From: Candidatus Moraniibacteriota bacterium
GTDB lineage: Bacteria; Patescibacteriota; Minisyncoccia; Moranbacterales; UBA1568
Direction of reading: 5' to 3'
DNA length: 64,000 bases
NCBI GenBank assembly: GCA_030648835.1
Contig: JAUSGT010000002.1
Coordinates: forward strand, 373,458-437,457
Under the pieces are notes generated by a model, which made no database searches, was not told the DNA's origin, and was given only the letters and a program-made list of their open reading frames with translations. Numbering within the stretch: position 1 is the stretch's first letter; each line of letters begins with the position of its first letter. The translations under genes were made by a program, and so were the position numbers. Positions 51,534 through 61,016 of this stretch are shown piece after piece.

Positions 51534-53834
51534 ATGTATTTAAAGAAACTCGAAATTTCCGGTTTTAAATCCTTTGCCAATAGGACTGTTTTGGATTTTC
51601 TTCCCGACTTTGACGTTGCCGGGAGCAGTAAATCAGGGATCACGGTCATCGTCGGACCAAACGGCAGCGGTAAGTCCAACGTAGCTGACGCCATACGCTG
51701 GGCCATCGGCGAACAATCGCTCAAGAATTTGCGCGGCAAGAAATCCGAAGACGTCATCTTCGCGGGGACGGACAAAAAAACCCGTCTCGGTACGGCTTCG
51801 GTGACTCTGTATTTCGATAATTCCGACAAACGCATCCCGATAGAGTTTGCGGAAGTGTCCATTACGAGAAAGGTCTATAGGAGCGGTGAGAGCGAGTATC
51901 TTATCAATGGCGCGCGCGTGCGTTTACTCGACATCGTCGATCTTTTGGCGAAGGCCGGTATTGGTAAGGACAGTTATTGTGTCATCACGCAGGGGATGAG
52001 TGATGCGGTACTGAATGCATCGCCTATTGAGCGACGGGCGGTTTTCGAAGACGCGGCCGGAGTGAAACAATACCAAATTGAAAAGGAACGCGCCTTGCGG
52101 AAGTTGGAGAGTACGCGCGAGAATCTGGTACGGGTGGACAGTCTTCTTCAGGAAATCGAACCGCATTTGAAGAACTTGCGTCGCCAGGCGGAAAAAGCCG
52201 GTGCCGGTAAAGAGATCGCGGAAAAACTGCGTGTCAAACAAGTGCTCCTCTACAGTTTTCTTTGGGATAATTTTCAGGGTGAACGGGGAGTTCTCCTCAA
52301 GGAGCGCGACACGGCGCAGAAACAGGTATTCGATTTGGAAGTAGAGACCAACACTCTCAAGCGCGAAGTGACGGAGGCTTCGGGAGCAATGGAAGATCAA
52401 AGCCAGGAAGAGAAAATCGGTCACGCTCTGGACGCCGCGCGTAATGAAGCAAACATCCTTTTGCGCGATAGAAGTATCATTGAGGGGAAAATTGAGATCG
52501 AGAAAGAAAAGCAAAAAATAGAGGAAGCTATCCGTGTCATTCCTGTCGATCTCAAGTACGTCAAGCGGGCGCTTGAAGAAATTCGCGCCAATCAAAGCGA
52601 GCTTATCGATCGCATTCAAAACGCGGAGAAACTCGAAGACTTGCAGGATATTCGTGAATTTGCCCAAGTTATCAAACAAAAACTTTATGATTTGTACGAG
52701 AAGGCCGGCAAAGGGAGTGTCAAAGAAAAGCAGATTATCGCCTTGCCGGATGCGGAGAAGAAAATAAGCGATGAGCGTTTGGCGTCTCTTATAAAAGAGA
52801 AAGAAACTTGCAATAAGCGTTTGGGAGTCTTGGAGAAGACCATTCAGGAGAAAGAACGGGAGTTGCAAGTTTTGCGTGCGGCCAGTCGCAGCAGTCGGGA
52901 AATTTTCTTTAGCAAGGAGAAAGAGTGGCGTGAGAAGGAATACAAACTAACCTCGCTCAAGGATCAATTGAACGAAGTGAAAGTGCGGTTGGCACGGGTG
53001 GAAGTGCGTGAAGAAGATCTTGTTAATCTGGTTCGCGCGGAGCTCTCACAGGGAGTGGATACTCTCAAATATGACGGTACTCCCGTGGAACGTGAGAAAT
53101 TGGAACGTGAAATCGCGCGGCTCAAGGTAGAGGTGGAGCATATCGGTACCATCGATCCAATGGTCATGGAAGAATATCAGGAAACGGAAGAACGCTTTAC
53201 TTTTTTGACTCGCGAGTCGATCGATCTCAAGCAAGCGACAGAATCACTGCATACGGTTATCAAAGAAATGGATCAGAAGATCGATAAAGTATTCCACGCG
53301 GCGTTTTTGGAGATTAAGAAAAAATTTACAGCCTATTTCAAAATCATTTTCGGAGGTGGCAAAGCAGATATCGAAATAGTGAAGATAAGGAAGCGCAGAG
53401 TAGGTATCGAAAATGAAGATTTAGGAGAAGAGAATGAAGAATCCGCCGACGCCGAGGCTGTGGCGGACGAGGTTGGTATCGAAATTTATGCTTGTCCCCC
53501 GGGGAAGAAAATCACCCATCTTTCGATGCTCTCCGGCGGTGAACGCTCTTTGACATCTTTGGCACTTCTCTTTGCTATCATTTCACACAATCCGCCACCG
53601 TTCGCGGTCTTGGATGAGGTGGAAGCGGCTCTCGATGAAGCCAATTCCAAGCGTTTTGGCACGATGCTCCGTGAACTCTCTCTTCACACACAATTTATTG
53701 CTATCACACACAACCGTGAAACGATGTCCCAAGCTGGACTGCTCTATGGCGTGACGATGGGTGCGGATGGTGTTTCTCAACTCCTCTCTGTTCGTTTGGA
53801 TCAGGTAGGAGAGAATGGGAAATTGAAAGCGTAA
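51534..53834 (+). CDS. smc: SMC-family ATPase, short form
   Basis: GFKSF, GPNGSGKSN, LSGGE, LDEVEAALD, ITH; 766 aa. Confidence 0.9.
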   Translation: MYLKKLEISGFKSFANRTVLDFLPDFDVAGSSKSGITVIVGPNGSGKSNVADAIRWAIGEQSLKNLRGKKSEDVIFAGTDKKTRLGTASVTLYFDNSDKRIPIEFAEVSITRKVYRSGESEYLINGARVRLLDIVDLLAKAGIGKDSYCVITQGMSDAVLNASPIERRAVFEDAAGVKQYQIEKERALRKLESTRENLVRVDSLLQEIEPHLKNLRRQAEKAGAGKEIAEKLRVKQVLLYSFLWDNFQGERGVLLKERDTAQKQVFDLEVETNTLKREVTEASGAMEDQSQEEKIGHALDAARNEANILLRDRSIIEGKIEIEKEKQKIEEAIRVIPVDLKYVKRALEEIRANQSELIDRIQNAEKLEDLQDIREFAQVIKQKLYDLYEKAGKGSVKEKQIIALPDAEKKISDERLASLIKEKETCNKRLGVLEKTIQEKERELQVLRAASRSSREIFFSKEKEWREKEYKLTSLKDQLNEVKVRLARVEVREEDLVNLVRAELSQGVDTLKYDGTPVEREKLEREIARLKVEVEHIGTIDPMVMEEYQETEERFTFLTRESIDLKQATESLHTVIKEMDQKIDKVFHAAFLEIKKKFTAYFKIIFGGGKADIEIVKIRKRRVGIENEDLGEENEESADAEAVADEVGIEIYACPPGKKITHLSMLSGGERSLTSLALLFAIISHNPPPFAVLDEVEAALDEANSKRFGTMLRELSLHTQFIAITHNRETMSQAGLLYGVTMGADGVSQLLSVRLDQVGENGKLKA

Positions 53835-53917
53835 GGGATCGTGATGATGGGGTTGACGCGCTTTGAAAAGTACGTTAGAGTAAAACCTGTATTGTTATAA
53901 AACTATTTATTTGAATT

Positions 53918-54532
53918 ATGTTGGCTATCCGTTTCAACCGCACAGGCAAGAGAAACCACGCGTCTTTCCGTGTGGTGCTTCAAGAACATACCAAGGCCCC
54001 GGGGAAACGCCATGTGGAAATTTTGGGGAGTTACGATCCGCACAAGAAGGCCACCATTTTGAATAAAGACCGAATTTTGTATTGGATCGGTCAGGGCGCA
54101 CAGACTTCCCCGGTGGTAACAAATTTGCTCATTCGTGAGGGTATCATCGAAAGGAAAAAGATTGCCAAGAAAATGCCCCGTCCCGTCGTAAAAGAGCCCG
54201 CCGCCGCTCTAGCTGTGGCGGACAAGCCCGTTGTTGAAGCGAAAGCAGAGGAAGCTGCTGCTCCAGTTGTAGAAGAGGGGGTTAAGGTAGAAGAGACCCC
54301 CGCATCAGTTGCCCCAGAAACGAAAACGGAAGAGGCATCCGTATCGGCTGAAGGAGTAAAGATAGAAGAGGTTTCTGCCGAAGCTCTCGTGGAAGAAGTA
54401 AAAGTATCAGAAACAGCGCCAGCTGAAGCTAACGCGGAGATGGTTGCCGAAACAGCAGTTGAAGCCAAGGAAGAAGTGCCTGTTGTCGAGAGCGTTCCTG
54501 CAGCAGAAGTCTCTGCTGAACCAAAAGCCTAA
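53918..54532 (+). CDS. rpsP: 30S ribosomal protein S16 with long acidic C-terminal tail
   Basis: MLAIRFNRTGK, EILGSYDP, YWIGQGAQ; then about 110 aa rich in Ala/Glu/Val. Confidence 0.93.
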   Translation: MLAIRFNRTGKRNHASFRVVLQEHTKAPGKRHVEILGSYDPHKKATILNKDRILYWIGQGAQTSPVVTNLLIREGIIERKKIAKKMPRPVVKEPAAALAVADKPVVEAKAEEAAAPVVEEGVKVEETPASVAPETKTEEASVSAEGVKIEEVSAEALVEEVKVSETAPAEANAEMVAETAVEAKEEVPVVESVPAAEVSAEPKA

Positions 54533-54538
54533 TACTTG

Positions 54539-54609
54539 TGTCGTCCCGGACTTGATCCGGGATCCAGAGAATCATCATTCTAGATTCCGGCTCGGTGGCC
54601 GGAATGACA
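54539..54609. repeat. GTCAT...ATGAC-family palindromic element
   Basis: tgtcgtcccggacttgatccgggatccag...tagattccggctcggtggccggaatgaca. Confidence 0.8.
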
Positions 54610-54667
54610 AACGGGGAGGGCTTGACTGGAAAGAGGAAAAAGAGTACCATCAATATACAACAAAATA

Positions 54668-54795
54668 TCCGTAGACATGAGGCAAAGAAGTAAGTCCTCA
54701 CGAGGAATGACTCAGAGTGTGCTCCAAAAGATAGCACTCAGGAGTTGTTTATAAAGAGATTTTCTCACAGTCTGCGGTTCTTGCCGCAGATTTTC
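54668..54795 (+). promoter_or_regulatory. putative L10 leader (rplJ autoregulatory RNA)
   Basis: CCGTAGAC-atgagg...cctca-CGAGG core followed by hairpins upstream of rplJ. Confidence 0.6.
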
Positions 54796-54820
54796 GTTTT
54801 TAAATGTCATATTACATTAT

Positions 54821-55342
54821 ATGCAGAACAAACAGCAGAAAAAAACACTTGTCGCGGAAGTGACCAAGAAAATCAAAGCTTCCAAAGCTCTGGTGTTTGC
54901 CAATTTCAAGGGGGTGTCAGTGAAGGATGTGACGACCGTTCGCAAGGAACTGACGCAGAGCGGTTCCGGTTGGCAAGTGCTCAAGAAAACACTTTTGAAT
55001 ATCGCGCTCAAGGATGCCGGTATCGCAATTGATGTAAGAAAACTGGATGGGCAGATTGGTGTGGCATTTTCTCACGATGAAGTCACCGCCGCCAAAGTAC
55101 TCGCTCAATTTGCCAAAGCTAACAAAGAGATACCGTTTACCATCGAAGGCGGAGCACTCGGCGTCAAAGAGCTTTCCATAGACGAGGTTAAAGCGCTTGC
55201 CAAGCTCCCGAGCCAAGATGAGCTCAGAGCGCAATTGGTGGGGACGCTCCAGGCGCCGATTTCCAGTTTTGTCCGAGTTTTGAGTGGCAATCTCCGTGGG
55301 TTGGTGCAGGTGTTGAAAGCGATTGAAGAAAAGAAAGCATAA
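54821..55342 (+). CDS. rplJ: 50S ribosomal protein L10
   Basis: VLKKTLL, LAKLPS..EL..QL; upstream of rplL. Confidence 0.95.
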   Translation: MQNKQQKKTLVAEVTKKIKASKALVFANFKGVSVKDVTTVRKELTQSGSGWQVLKKTLLNIALKDAGIAIDVRKLDGQIGVAFSHDEVTAAKVLAQFAKANKEIPFTIEGGALGVKELSIDEVKALAKLPSQDELRAQLVGTLQAPISSFVRVLSGNLRGLVQVLKAIEEKKA

Positions 55343-55381
55343 TTTTATTATCAACTAAGTAATTTAAATAAGTATAACTCT

Positions 55382-55789
55382 ATGTCAGAGGAAAAGAAGG
55401 AAATCGTGGTGCCGGCGAAGTTTGAAAAACTCGTGGCAGAAATTGAGAAAATGAGCGTGCTCGATCTTTCCGAGCTTGTGAAGGTTCTCGAGGATAAGTT
55501 TGGCGTGTCAGCCGCCGCTCCAATGATGATGGGGGCGATGCCGGCTGCCGCGGGAGTTGCCGAAGCTGCCGAAGAGAAAACCGAGTTTGATGTCGAACTA
55601 ACGGCCGCCGGTCAGCAGAAGATCAACGCCATCAAAGCGGTGCGGGAAATCACCGGTCTGGGGTTGAAAGAAGCCAAAGATATGGTAGACGCCGCTCCGA
55701 AGGTTATCAAGGAAAAAGTGTCCAAGGCCGATGCCGAGAATTTTAAAAAGAAGCTCGAGGAAGCCGGCGCGACTGTGACCTTGAAGTAA
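55382..55789 (+). CDS. rplL: 50S ribosomal protein L7/L12
   Basis: [25 protein letters not shown]. Confidence 0.97.
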   Translation: MSEEKKEIVVPAKFEKLVAEIEKMSVLDLSELVKVLEDKFGVSAAAPMMMGAMPAAAGVAEAAEEKTEFDVELTAAGQQKINAIKAVREITGLGLKEAKDMVDAAPKVIKEKVSKADAENFKKKLEEAGATVTLK

Positions 55790-55814
55790 TCGGATATTTT
55801 GAAGATTCTTTTGA

Positions 55815-55848
55815 AAAATACCCCGACTGTTTGTCCGGGGTTTTTTCT
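55815..55848 (+). terminator. intrinsic terminator after rplL
   Basis: ccccgac-tgttt-gtccgggg followed by a T tract. Confidence 0.65.
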
Positions 55849-55897
55849 TTGTTGTTTCTCGGGTATAATGAAGAAGGTAAACCGGTAAGAATGTACT

Positions 55898-56494
55898 ATG
55901 GAATTTTTTGGGATTGATTTGATATCTTTGATCAAAGCAGTCGGGTATGTTGGGGTATTTTTTATAGTGTTTGCGGAAACAGGGTTATTTTTGGGATTTT
56001 TTTTGCCGGGAGATAGTCTTCTCTTTATAGCGGGTCTGTTGGCAAAGCAGGGTTTCTTTTCTTTGTCGGTGCTTGTCTTCGGGTTATTTATTTCCGCTGT
56101 TTTGGGAAATCTGTTCGGGTATGAATTTGGACGACGGATCGGGCCGAAACTTTTCAGCCGAGAAGACTCGCTTATTTTCAAAAAGGCGCACGCGCTCAAA
56201 GCGCAGAGTTTTTACGATAAGCATGGACCGAAGACAATCCTTCTGGCGCGCTTTATGCCTATTGTGCGGACATTCGCGCCGATTGTGGCAGGGGTAGCCA
56301 ATATGCGTTACCCGGTGTTTTTTTTGTATAATCTTATTGGGGCGTTTCTCTGGACAATCGGGCTTGTTTTTCTCGGATACTTTCTGGGAAATGTAATTGA
56401 CGTCGACAAATATCTTTTGCCAATCATACTTATCATTATTTTCCTCTCTTTTCTTCCAGCAATCACTGCGTATGTACGAGAGAGATATCGGTAA
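55898..56494 (+). CDS. DedA family membrane protein
   Basis: FAETGL, FLPGDSLL, ARFMPIVRTF. Confidence 0.93.
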   Translation: MEFFGIDLISLIKAVGYVGVFFIVFAETGLFLGFFLPGDSLLFIAGLLAKQGFFSLSVLVFGLFISAVLGNLFGYEFGRRIGPKLFSREDSLIFKKAHALKAQSFYDKHGPKTILLARFMPIVRTFAPIVAGVANMRYPVFFLYNLIGAFLWTIGLVFLGYFLGNVIDVDKYLLPIILIIIFLSFLPAITAYVRERYR

Positions 56495-56529
56495 ACAAAA
56501 ATCCCCACTTCTCAGCGGGGATTTTTGTT
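56495..56529. terminator. bidirectional terminator between convergent genes
   Basis: acaaaaatcccc-acttctcagc-ggggatttttgt. Confidence 0.7.
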
Positions 56530-56540
56530 ATGACCTTTTG

Positions 56541-57353
56541 TTACCACATCCAGCGAGTGAGAACGAAAAAGTAGATGATGAGAAGAACCCAAAAGCTTGA
56601 AATAAAGAAGCGGCGGCCTCGGGCTTTCAGTTGTTCGTTCATGGCTATTTCTTTTGTCACCAAACCGAAATCTTTGAAGACAAAAATAGATTCATAGAGC
56701 CGAACAATGACGACCCACGTGACGAAGAGCATCACCAGGATGCCGAGTCCTGCCAGAGAAGGATTGGCGAGTTCCGCTGTCGGTGTCCCACCGCCAAACT
56801 TTAGCCACTTCATCCATCCGCTCCATTTCATCGCATAGACGTGGATGAGGGTGAAGAGAATGACGAGGCGGAGTCCCCAACGTTGTAAAAACCACCAACG
56901 ACTCGCGCCTATGAGATCGATGGCTCTCTTGAAAGAAATGATAAAAAGAAAAAGGAGCAAAACCGTCCCGATCAGCCCGGCAGCGAATGGTAGAGAGTCA
57001 AAAGTCAGGTATACTTGGGGAAACTTGAGGGGGAGCATGAAATACGAAATGAACGCATGAAAGAAAACGAGAAATCCGCCCACGATACCAATTTCTTTGC
57101 GGTAACCGAGCCACTTATCGAAGCGGTCGAAATAGCGCACGATTGGACCGATGAGAAACGCAAAAGCCAGAAGTACCGTACCGACCCCGACGATCGCTTT
57201 ATTGGGGACATAGAGCATATCGGCAGTCGGAGGCGCGTCGAAAAAATAGCCACGGCGGATAAGAAGGTAACAACCAAAGAACACCGTTAACGCACTTGCA
57301 ATAAGCAAAGAAATGAGGTAGTCACGAAAACCAGATGGTTTGTGCATGTCCAT
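56541..57353 (-). CDS. ferric reductase-like transmembrane protein (MsrQ-like)
   Basis: Multi-TM; YRKEIG...FHA and WWFLQR...IH. Confidence 0.6.
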   Translation of the reverse strand: MDMHKPSGFRDYLISLLIASALTVFFGCYLLIRRGYFFDAPPTADMLYVPNKAIVGVGTVLLAFAFLIGPIVRYFDRFDKWLGYRKEIGIVGGFLVFFHAFISYFMLPLKFPQVYLTFDSLPFAAGLIGTVLLLFLFIISFKRAIDLIGASRWWFLQRWGLRLVILFTLIHVYAMKWSGWMKWLKFGGGTPTAELANPSLAGLGILVMLFVTWVVIVRLYESIFVFKDFGLVTKEIAMNEQLKARGRRFFISSFWVLLIIYFFVLTRWMW

Positions 57354-57429
57354 TTTATTGTTATTAATTACTTAATAGTATAGCATCTATTTTGTGTTTT
57401 CGTGGCTGGAAAAGTATCATACGTCGTGG

Positions 57430-58053
57430 TCAAAGTGGTGTTGTTAATAAACGAGAGAGTGCATCTATGATTGGCTTCATTTCTAGCTGTTCTTCTTTTT
57501 GGGTATGTTGTACCGCTGGTTTATTGGTAGCTTTGGAAATATAGAGGGCGCGCACCGGCATCTGGATGTGTGTTTCCCCGAACTCTTGATCGGTCAAGAT
57601 GACCTCTCGTTTGGAATCGGCTGTGTGTATAGTCCCATCGGGATCAAGCAAGACGAAAGCTTCTATCCACGCTGCGTCTACTTTTCCCCCGTGCTTTTTT
57701 GCGATCTTTCTCCAAAATTCCAAAAGAGCTTTTCCGATTTCTTTTTTGGTGAGTGTCTGCTCGTTTTTCCCCGCCAGAGCGATTCTTTTTGGCGCGTCGA
57801 CGAGACCTTCTCCTTCAACGAAGAAGCCGGTATCGTTGGCAAGAATCGGCATAGCGACTTTTCCGAAGTAGGCGCGCGCTTTGATTTCCGCGTTTTCAGC
57901 CAAGGTTTTTCCATTTTCTTCGGCCTCGATGTCTTCGATTTTCAAATCGAGAGGCGTGAAAACCTCCACGTCAAACCCGGTATGGCGGATGAGATCTTTG
58001 AATCTTTCAATCTTTCCTTCGTTTTGTGTGGCGAGGAATATTTTCTTTCTCAT
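57430..58053 (-). CDS. Ham1/ITPase-like protein (divergent)
   Basis: LATQNEGKI, EENGKTLAENAEIKA, ANDTG. Confidence 0.75.
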   Translation of the reverse strand: MRKKIFLATQNEGKIERFKDLIRHTGFDVEVFTPLDLKIEDIEAEENGKTLAENAEIKARAYFGKVAMPILANDTGFFVEGEGLVDAPKRIALAGKNEQTLTKKEIGKALLEFWRKIAKKHGGKVDAAWIEAFVLLDPDGTIHTADSKREVILTDQEFGETHIQMPVRALYISKATNKPAVQHTQKEEQLEMKPIIDALSRLLTTPL

Positions 58054-58062
58054 AGATTTCGA

Positions 58063-58659
58063 TTACTGTAGTTTTTGGACGATATCTTCCCATGAGGAAA
58101 CACGGACGATAGGGGGAAAGACCTCCATCTGATTCCATGGACGATTAAAGAGAAAAACCTGTTCGCAGACAGTCGCGACATCGAGAGCGTGGGCGGGGCC
58201 GTCTTCGACGAACACCTGGATGCCAAGCCGTCTGCAGAGCTCACTTTTTGTCCTACGCTTATTTTTATCCCCAAGCCAATGGTTCGTGAAATGAATAGAT
58301 TGGAACATTGCGGGAAAGTGTTTCTCCAGCCACTTTACAGTCAGGGGGCGTAAATAGTCAGGTTTGGAAGTGACCAGGATAAGCGAGTGATTCTTTCTTA
58401 AACGTTCGATGCCTTGCACGGCGCCTGATACGGGCAGGGCATTTTTGTGTTCATCGGTGAGATAGAAATCAACTATTTTGGCAACAGCCTCTGCTCGTGT
58501 GCATTTCCAGATGTCTTCTATAAAGTATGACGTCACGTCTTTGTGCTCGAAGGACGTCCCATACGTAGCATTGTGCCAGGCATAGAGGGTAGGATTGAAA
58601 TCAAGGAGGACATCATCCAAATCAATGCCAATAATTTTTTTCTTCTTTTGCGTATGCAT
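58063..58659 (-). CDS. HAD-family 5'(3')-deoxyribonucleotidase (NT5C-like)
   Basis: GIDLDDVL, VTS, FVED, FNRPWN. Confidence 0.85.
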   Translation of the reverse strand: MHTQKKKKIIGIDLDDVLLDFNPTLYAWHNATYGTSFEHKDVTSYFIEDIWKCTRAEAVAKIVDFYLTDEHKNALPVSGAVQGIERLRKNHSLILVTSKPDYLRPLTVKWLEKHFPAMFQSIHFTNHWLGDKNKRRTKSELCRRLGIQVFVEDGPAHALDVATVCEQVFLFNRPWNQMEVFPPIVRVSSWEDIVQKLQ

Positions 58660-58684
58660 TATGTTTATTGGTCATTGGTTTTTT

Positions 58685-59800
58685 TTAGCGTACTGTCTGA
58701 TAACCACCATGCACCCCGTTTTTGGAAAGCACAATCTGCCAGAGTTGGCTGTCACGAGCACGAAATGCCCCTGCCACACAGAGGAGATAATATTTCCACA
58801 TACGATAGAAGCGCTCATCATATTTATCTTTGAGCCGTGGCCAGGCAGTATCAAAGTTGGCAAACCAGACCATGAGGGTTTTATCGTAATCTGCACCGAA
58901 GTTATGCCAGTCCTCCATCACAAAAAGACCCTCAATCGCCTTCCCTATCTGTGAAATTGAAGGGAACATACCGTTGGGGAAAATGTACTTATCGAACCAA
59001 GGGTCGCCGATAACAGTCGTTTCATTACCCCCAATCGTATGAAGGAGGAATATTCCATCATCAGTGAGATTTCGATATACCACCCTCATGAGCTCTCGAT
59101 AATTTTTATACCCCACGTGTTCAATCATCCCGCAGACAAGGATTTTATTAAAGCTGCTCTTAAGGTCTCGGTAATCCTGTAAGCGCAGTTCTACAGGGAG
59201 GCCTTTGGTAAACTTTTTTGCATAGGCTAGTTGTTCTTTTGAAATCGTAATTCCTGTGACCGAGACGCCAAAATGAAGTGCAGCATATTTAGCAAATCCT
59301 CCCCAGCCACAGCCAATGTCGAGTACTCTATCGCCGGGCTTGAGTCGTAGTTTTTTGCAAATGAGATCTAATTTTTGTTCCTGCGCAACGTTGAGATTTT
59401 CTGTGTTTTTGAAATAGCCACAGGTGTATTGATTGTACGGATCCAGAAATGAGGTATAGAGTTCTGTACTAAGATCATAGTGTTCGCGCGCAACAATTGT
59501 TGCGCGTGCTCTCGATTGTCTATTGAAAAGGACACTGGCAATATTTTGTAAAATCTTTCCAGTTTGGCTGATTCGCTTATCCAGTCGCATGTGTAACACT
59601 CTTGTAAAAAATTCATCTAAACATTTTACATCCCACCACCCGTCCATATAGGACTCGCCTAAGCCGATCGATCCTTGAAACAAAACTCTGCGATAAAATC
59701 GCTCGTCATGAACGGTAACATCCCATGGTCGGTCGCCATTTATTTGGATGTCAGCTTCAGCTAATATCTTCTGTGATTTTTCTTTGAGAGAGAGGGTCAT
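58685..59800 (-). CDS. cfa: cyclopropane fatty acyl phospholipid synthase
   Basis: LGESYMDGWW, HYDL, YTCGY, LDIGCGWGG, MIEHVG, YIFP. Confidence 0.93.
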   Translation of the reverse strand: MTLSLKEKSQKILAEADIQINGDRPWDVTVHDERFYRRVLFQGSIGLGESYMDGWWDVKCLDEFFTRVLHMRLDKRISQTGKILQNIASVLFNRQSRARATIVAREHYDLSTELYTSFLDPYNQYTCGYFKNTENLNVAQEQKLDLICKKLRLKPGDRVLDIGCGWGGFAKYAALHFGVSVTGITISKEQLAYAKKFTKGLPVELRLQDYRDLKSSFNKILVCGMIEHVGYKNYRELMRVVYRNLTDDGIFLLHTIGGNETTVIGDPWFDKYIFPNGMFPSISQIGKAIEGLFVMEDWHNFGADYDKTLMVWFANFDTAWPRLKDKYDERFYRMWKYYLLCVAGAFRARDSQLWQIVLSKNGVHGGYQTVR

Positions 59801-59813
59801 TTTTTTGACTCAT

Positions 59814-60716
59814 TCAAGCACCCAAGAGGTATTTTAGCAGAGCCATACGGATGAGCAAGCCGTAATGAGTTTGTTTGAAATAAATGGCTTTTTTGGATTT
59901 GTCTACTTCCGGAAGAATCTCATCCACGCGTGGCAGGGGGTGCATAATAATCGATTTGGTTCGCATCCGTTTTACCAGCTTTTCGTCTATCTGATAACAG
60001 CCTTTGAGTTTCTGGTATTCTTCTTCACTTTTGAAGCGTTCTTTCTGAACTCTCGTCACGTAAAGAACATCCACTTTGGAAATGACAGTGTCGAGATCGG
60101 CTGTTTCCGTGTAATCAATCCTGTGTTCCTCCAGATAGCTTTTGATATCGTCACCGACTTTCAGAACGTGTGGTGAGACAAAGTATATCTTGATATTTTT
60201 GTATTTTCCGAGCAAGTAGGAAAGCGAACGGATTGTCCGGCCATTTTTCAGGTCGCCGATGAATGCGATGCTGATATCATCAATTTTTCCGAGTTCCTTT
60301 TTAATGGTGTAGAGATCGAGCAGAGCCTGAGTAGGATGTTGGCCGGCTCCATCGCCGGCATTGATGAGCGGTACTTCGGAAACGGTGGCCGCCCTGGCCG
60401 ATGCGCCTTGCTCATAATGACGCATCACGATCACGTCGACGTAGTTGTTGATGACGCGGATGGAATCTTCCAAGGTTTCTCCTTTGGCAGCGGAAGAAAA
60501 CTCTTTGGCGTTTTCCGTGGTGATGACACTGCCACCGAGGCGGAGCATTGCCGATTCGAATGAAAACCGGGTCCGTGTGCTCGGTTCGTAAAAAAGAGCC
60601 GCCATTATTTTCCCTTTGAGCGGCGTTCCGGTTTTTTTCTCCAACTTGTCTGCCATGGAGAAAAGCTGGCCAAGTATTTTCCGGTCAAACTGCTGTGACT
60701 CGACAACGTGTTTCAT
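59814..60716 (-). CDS. pyrB: aspartate carbamoyltransferase catalytic subunit
   Basis: FYEPSTRT, NAGDG..QHPTQ, TRVQKER, MHPLPR. Confidence 0.95.
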   Translation of the reverse strand: MKHVVESQQFDRKILGQLFSMADKLEKKTGTPLKGKIMAALFYEPSTRTRFSFESAMLRLGGSVITTENAKEFSSAAKGETLEDSIRVINNYVDVIVMRHYEQGASARAATVSEVPLINAGDGAGQHPTQALLDLYTIKKELGKIDDISIAFIGDLKNGRTIRSLSYLLGKYKNIKIYFVSPHVLKVGDDIKSYLEEHRIDYTETADLDTVISKVDVLYVTRVQKERFKSEEEYQKLKGCYQIDEKLVKRMRTKSIIMHPLPRVDEILPEVDKSKKAIYFKQTHYGLLIRMALLKYLLGA

Positions 60717-60894
60717 ACGTTTGGAGATTATGATTTAACAATTTATCGAGTATTTTGAAAAAATTTGATATTTATCTATTTTACAATACCACAAATAGAA
60801 AAGCCCCTAAAGAGAAGCTTCAATTTTCTTGTTTGATTTCTACCTCTAAATTATATCAAATTTTGATACCAAAAGGCATCAAAATTTGCTAATG

Positions 60895-60966
60895 CTGGGG
60901 AGGAAGGGATCGAACCTTCGCATGGAGGCTTCAAAGGCCCCTGCCTTACCGCTTGGCTACTCCCCA
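60895..60966 (-). tRNA. tRNA-Gln(TTG)
   Basis: Reverse complement TGGGGAGTAGCCAAGCGGTAAGGCAGGGGCCTTTGAAGCCTCCATGCGAAGGTTCGATCCCTTCCTCCCCAG folds to a cloverleaf; anticodon TTG, U1-A72 pair. Confidence 0.95.
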
Positions 60967-61016
60967 TCGTAAGGAATTTTCAATTTACAATTATCAATTT
61001 TCAATTTTTGAAATCA

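Noticed and set aside
51924-52868. 314-aa minus-strand ORF
   Set aside because: Antisense shadow of the smc coiled coil.
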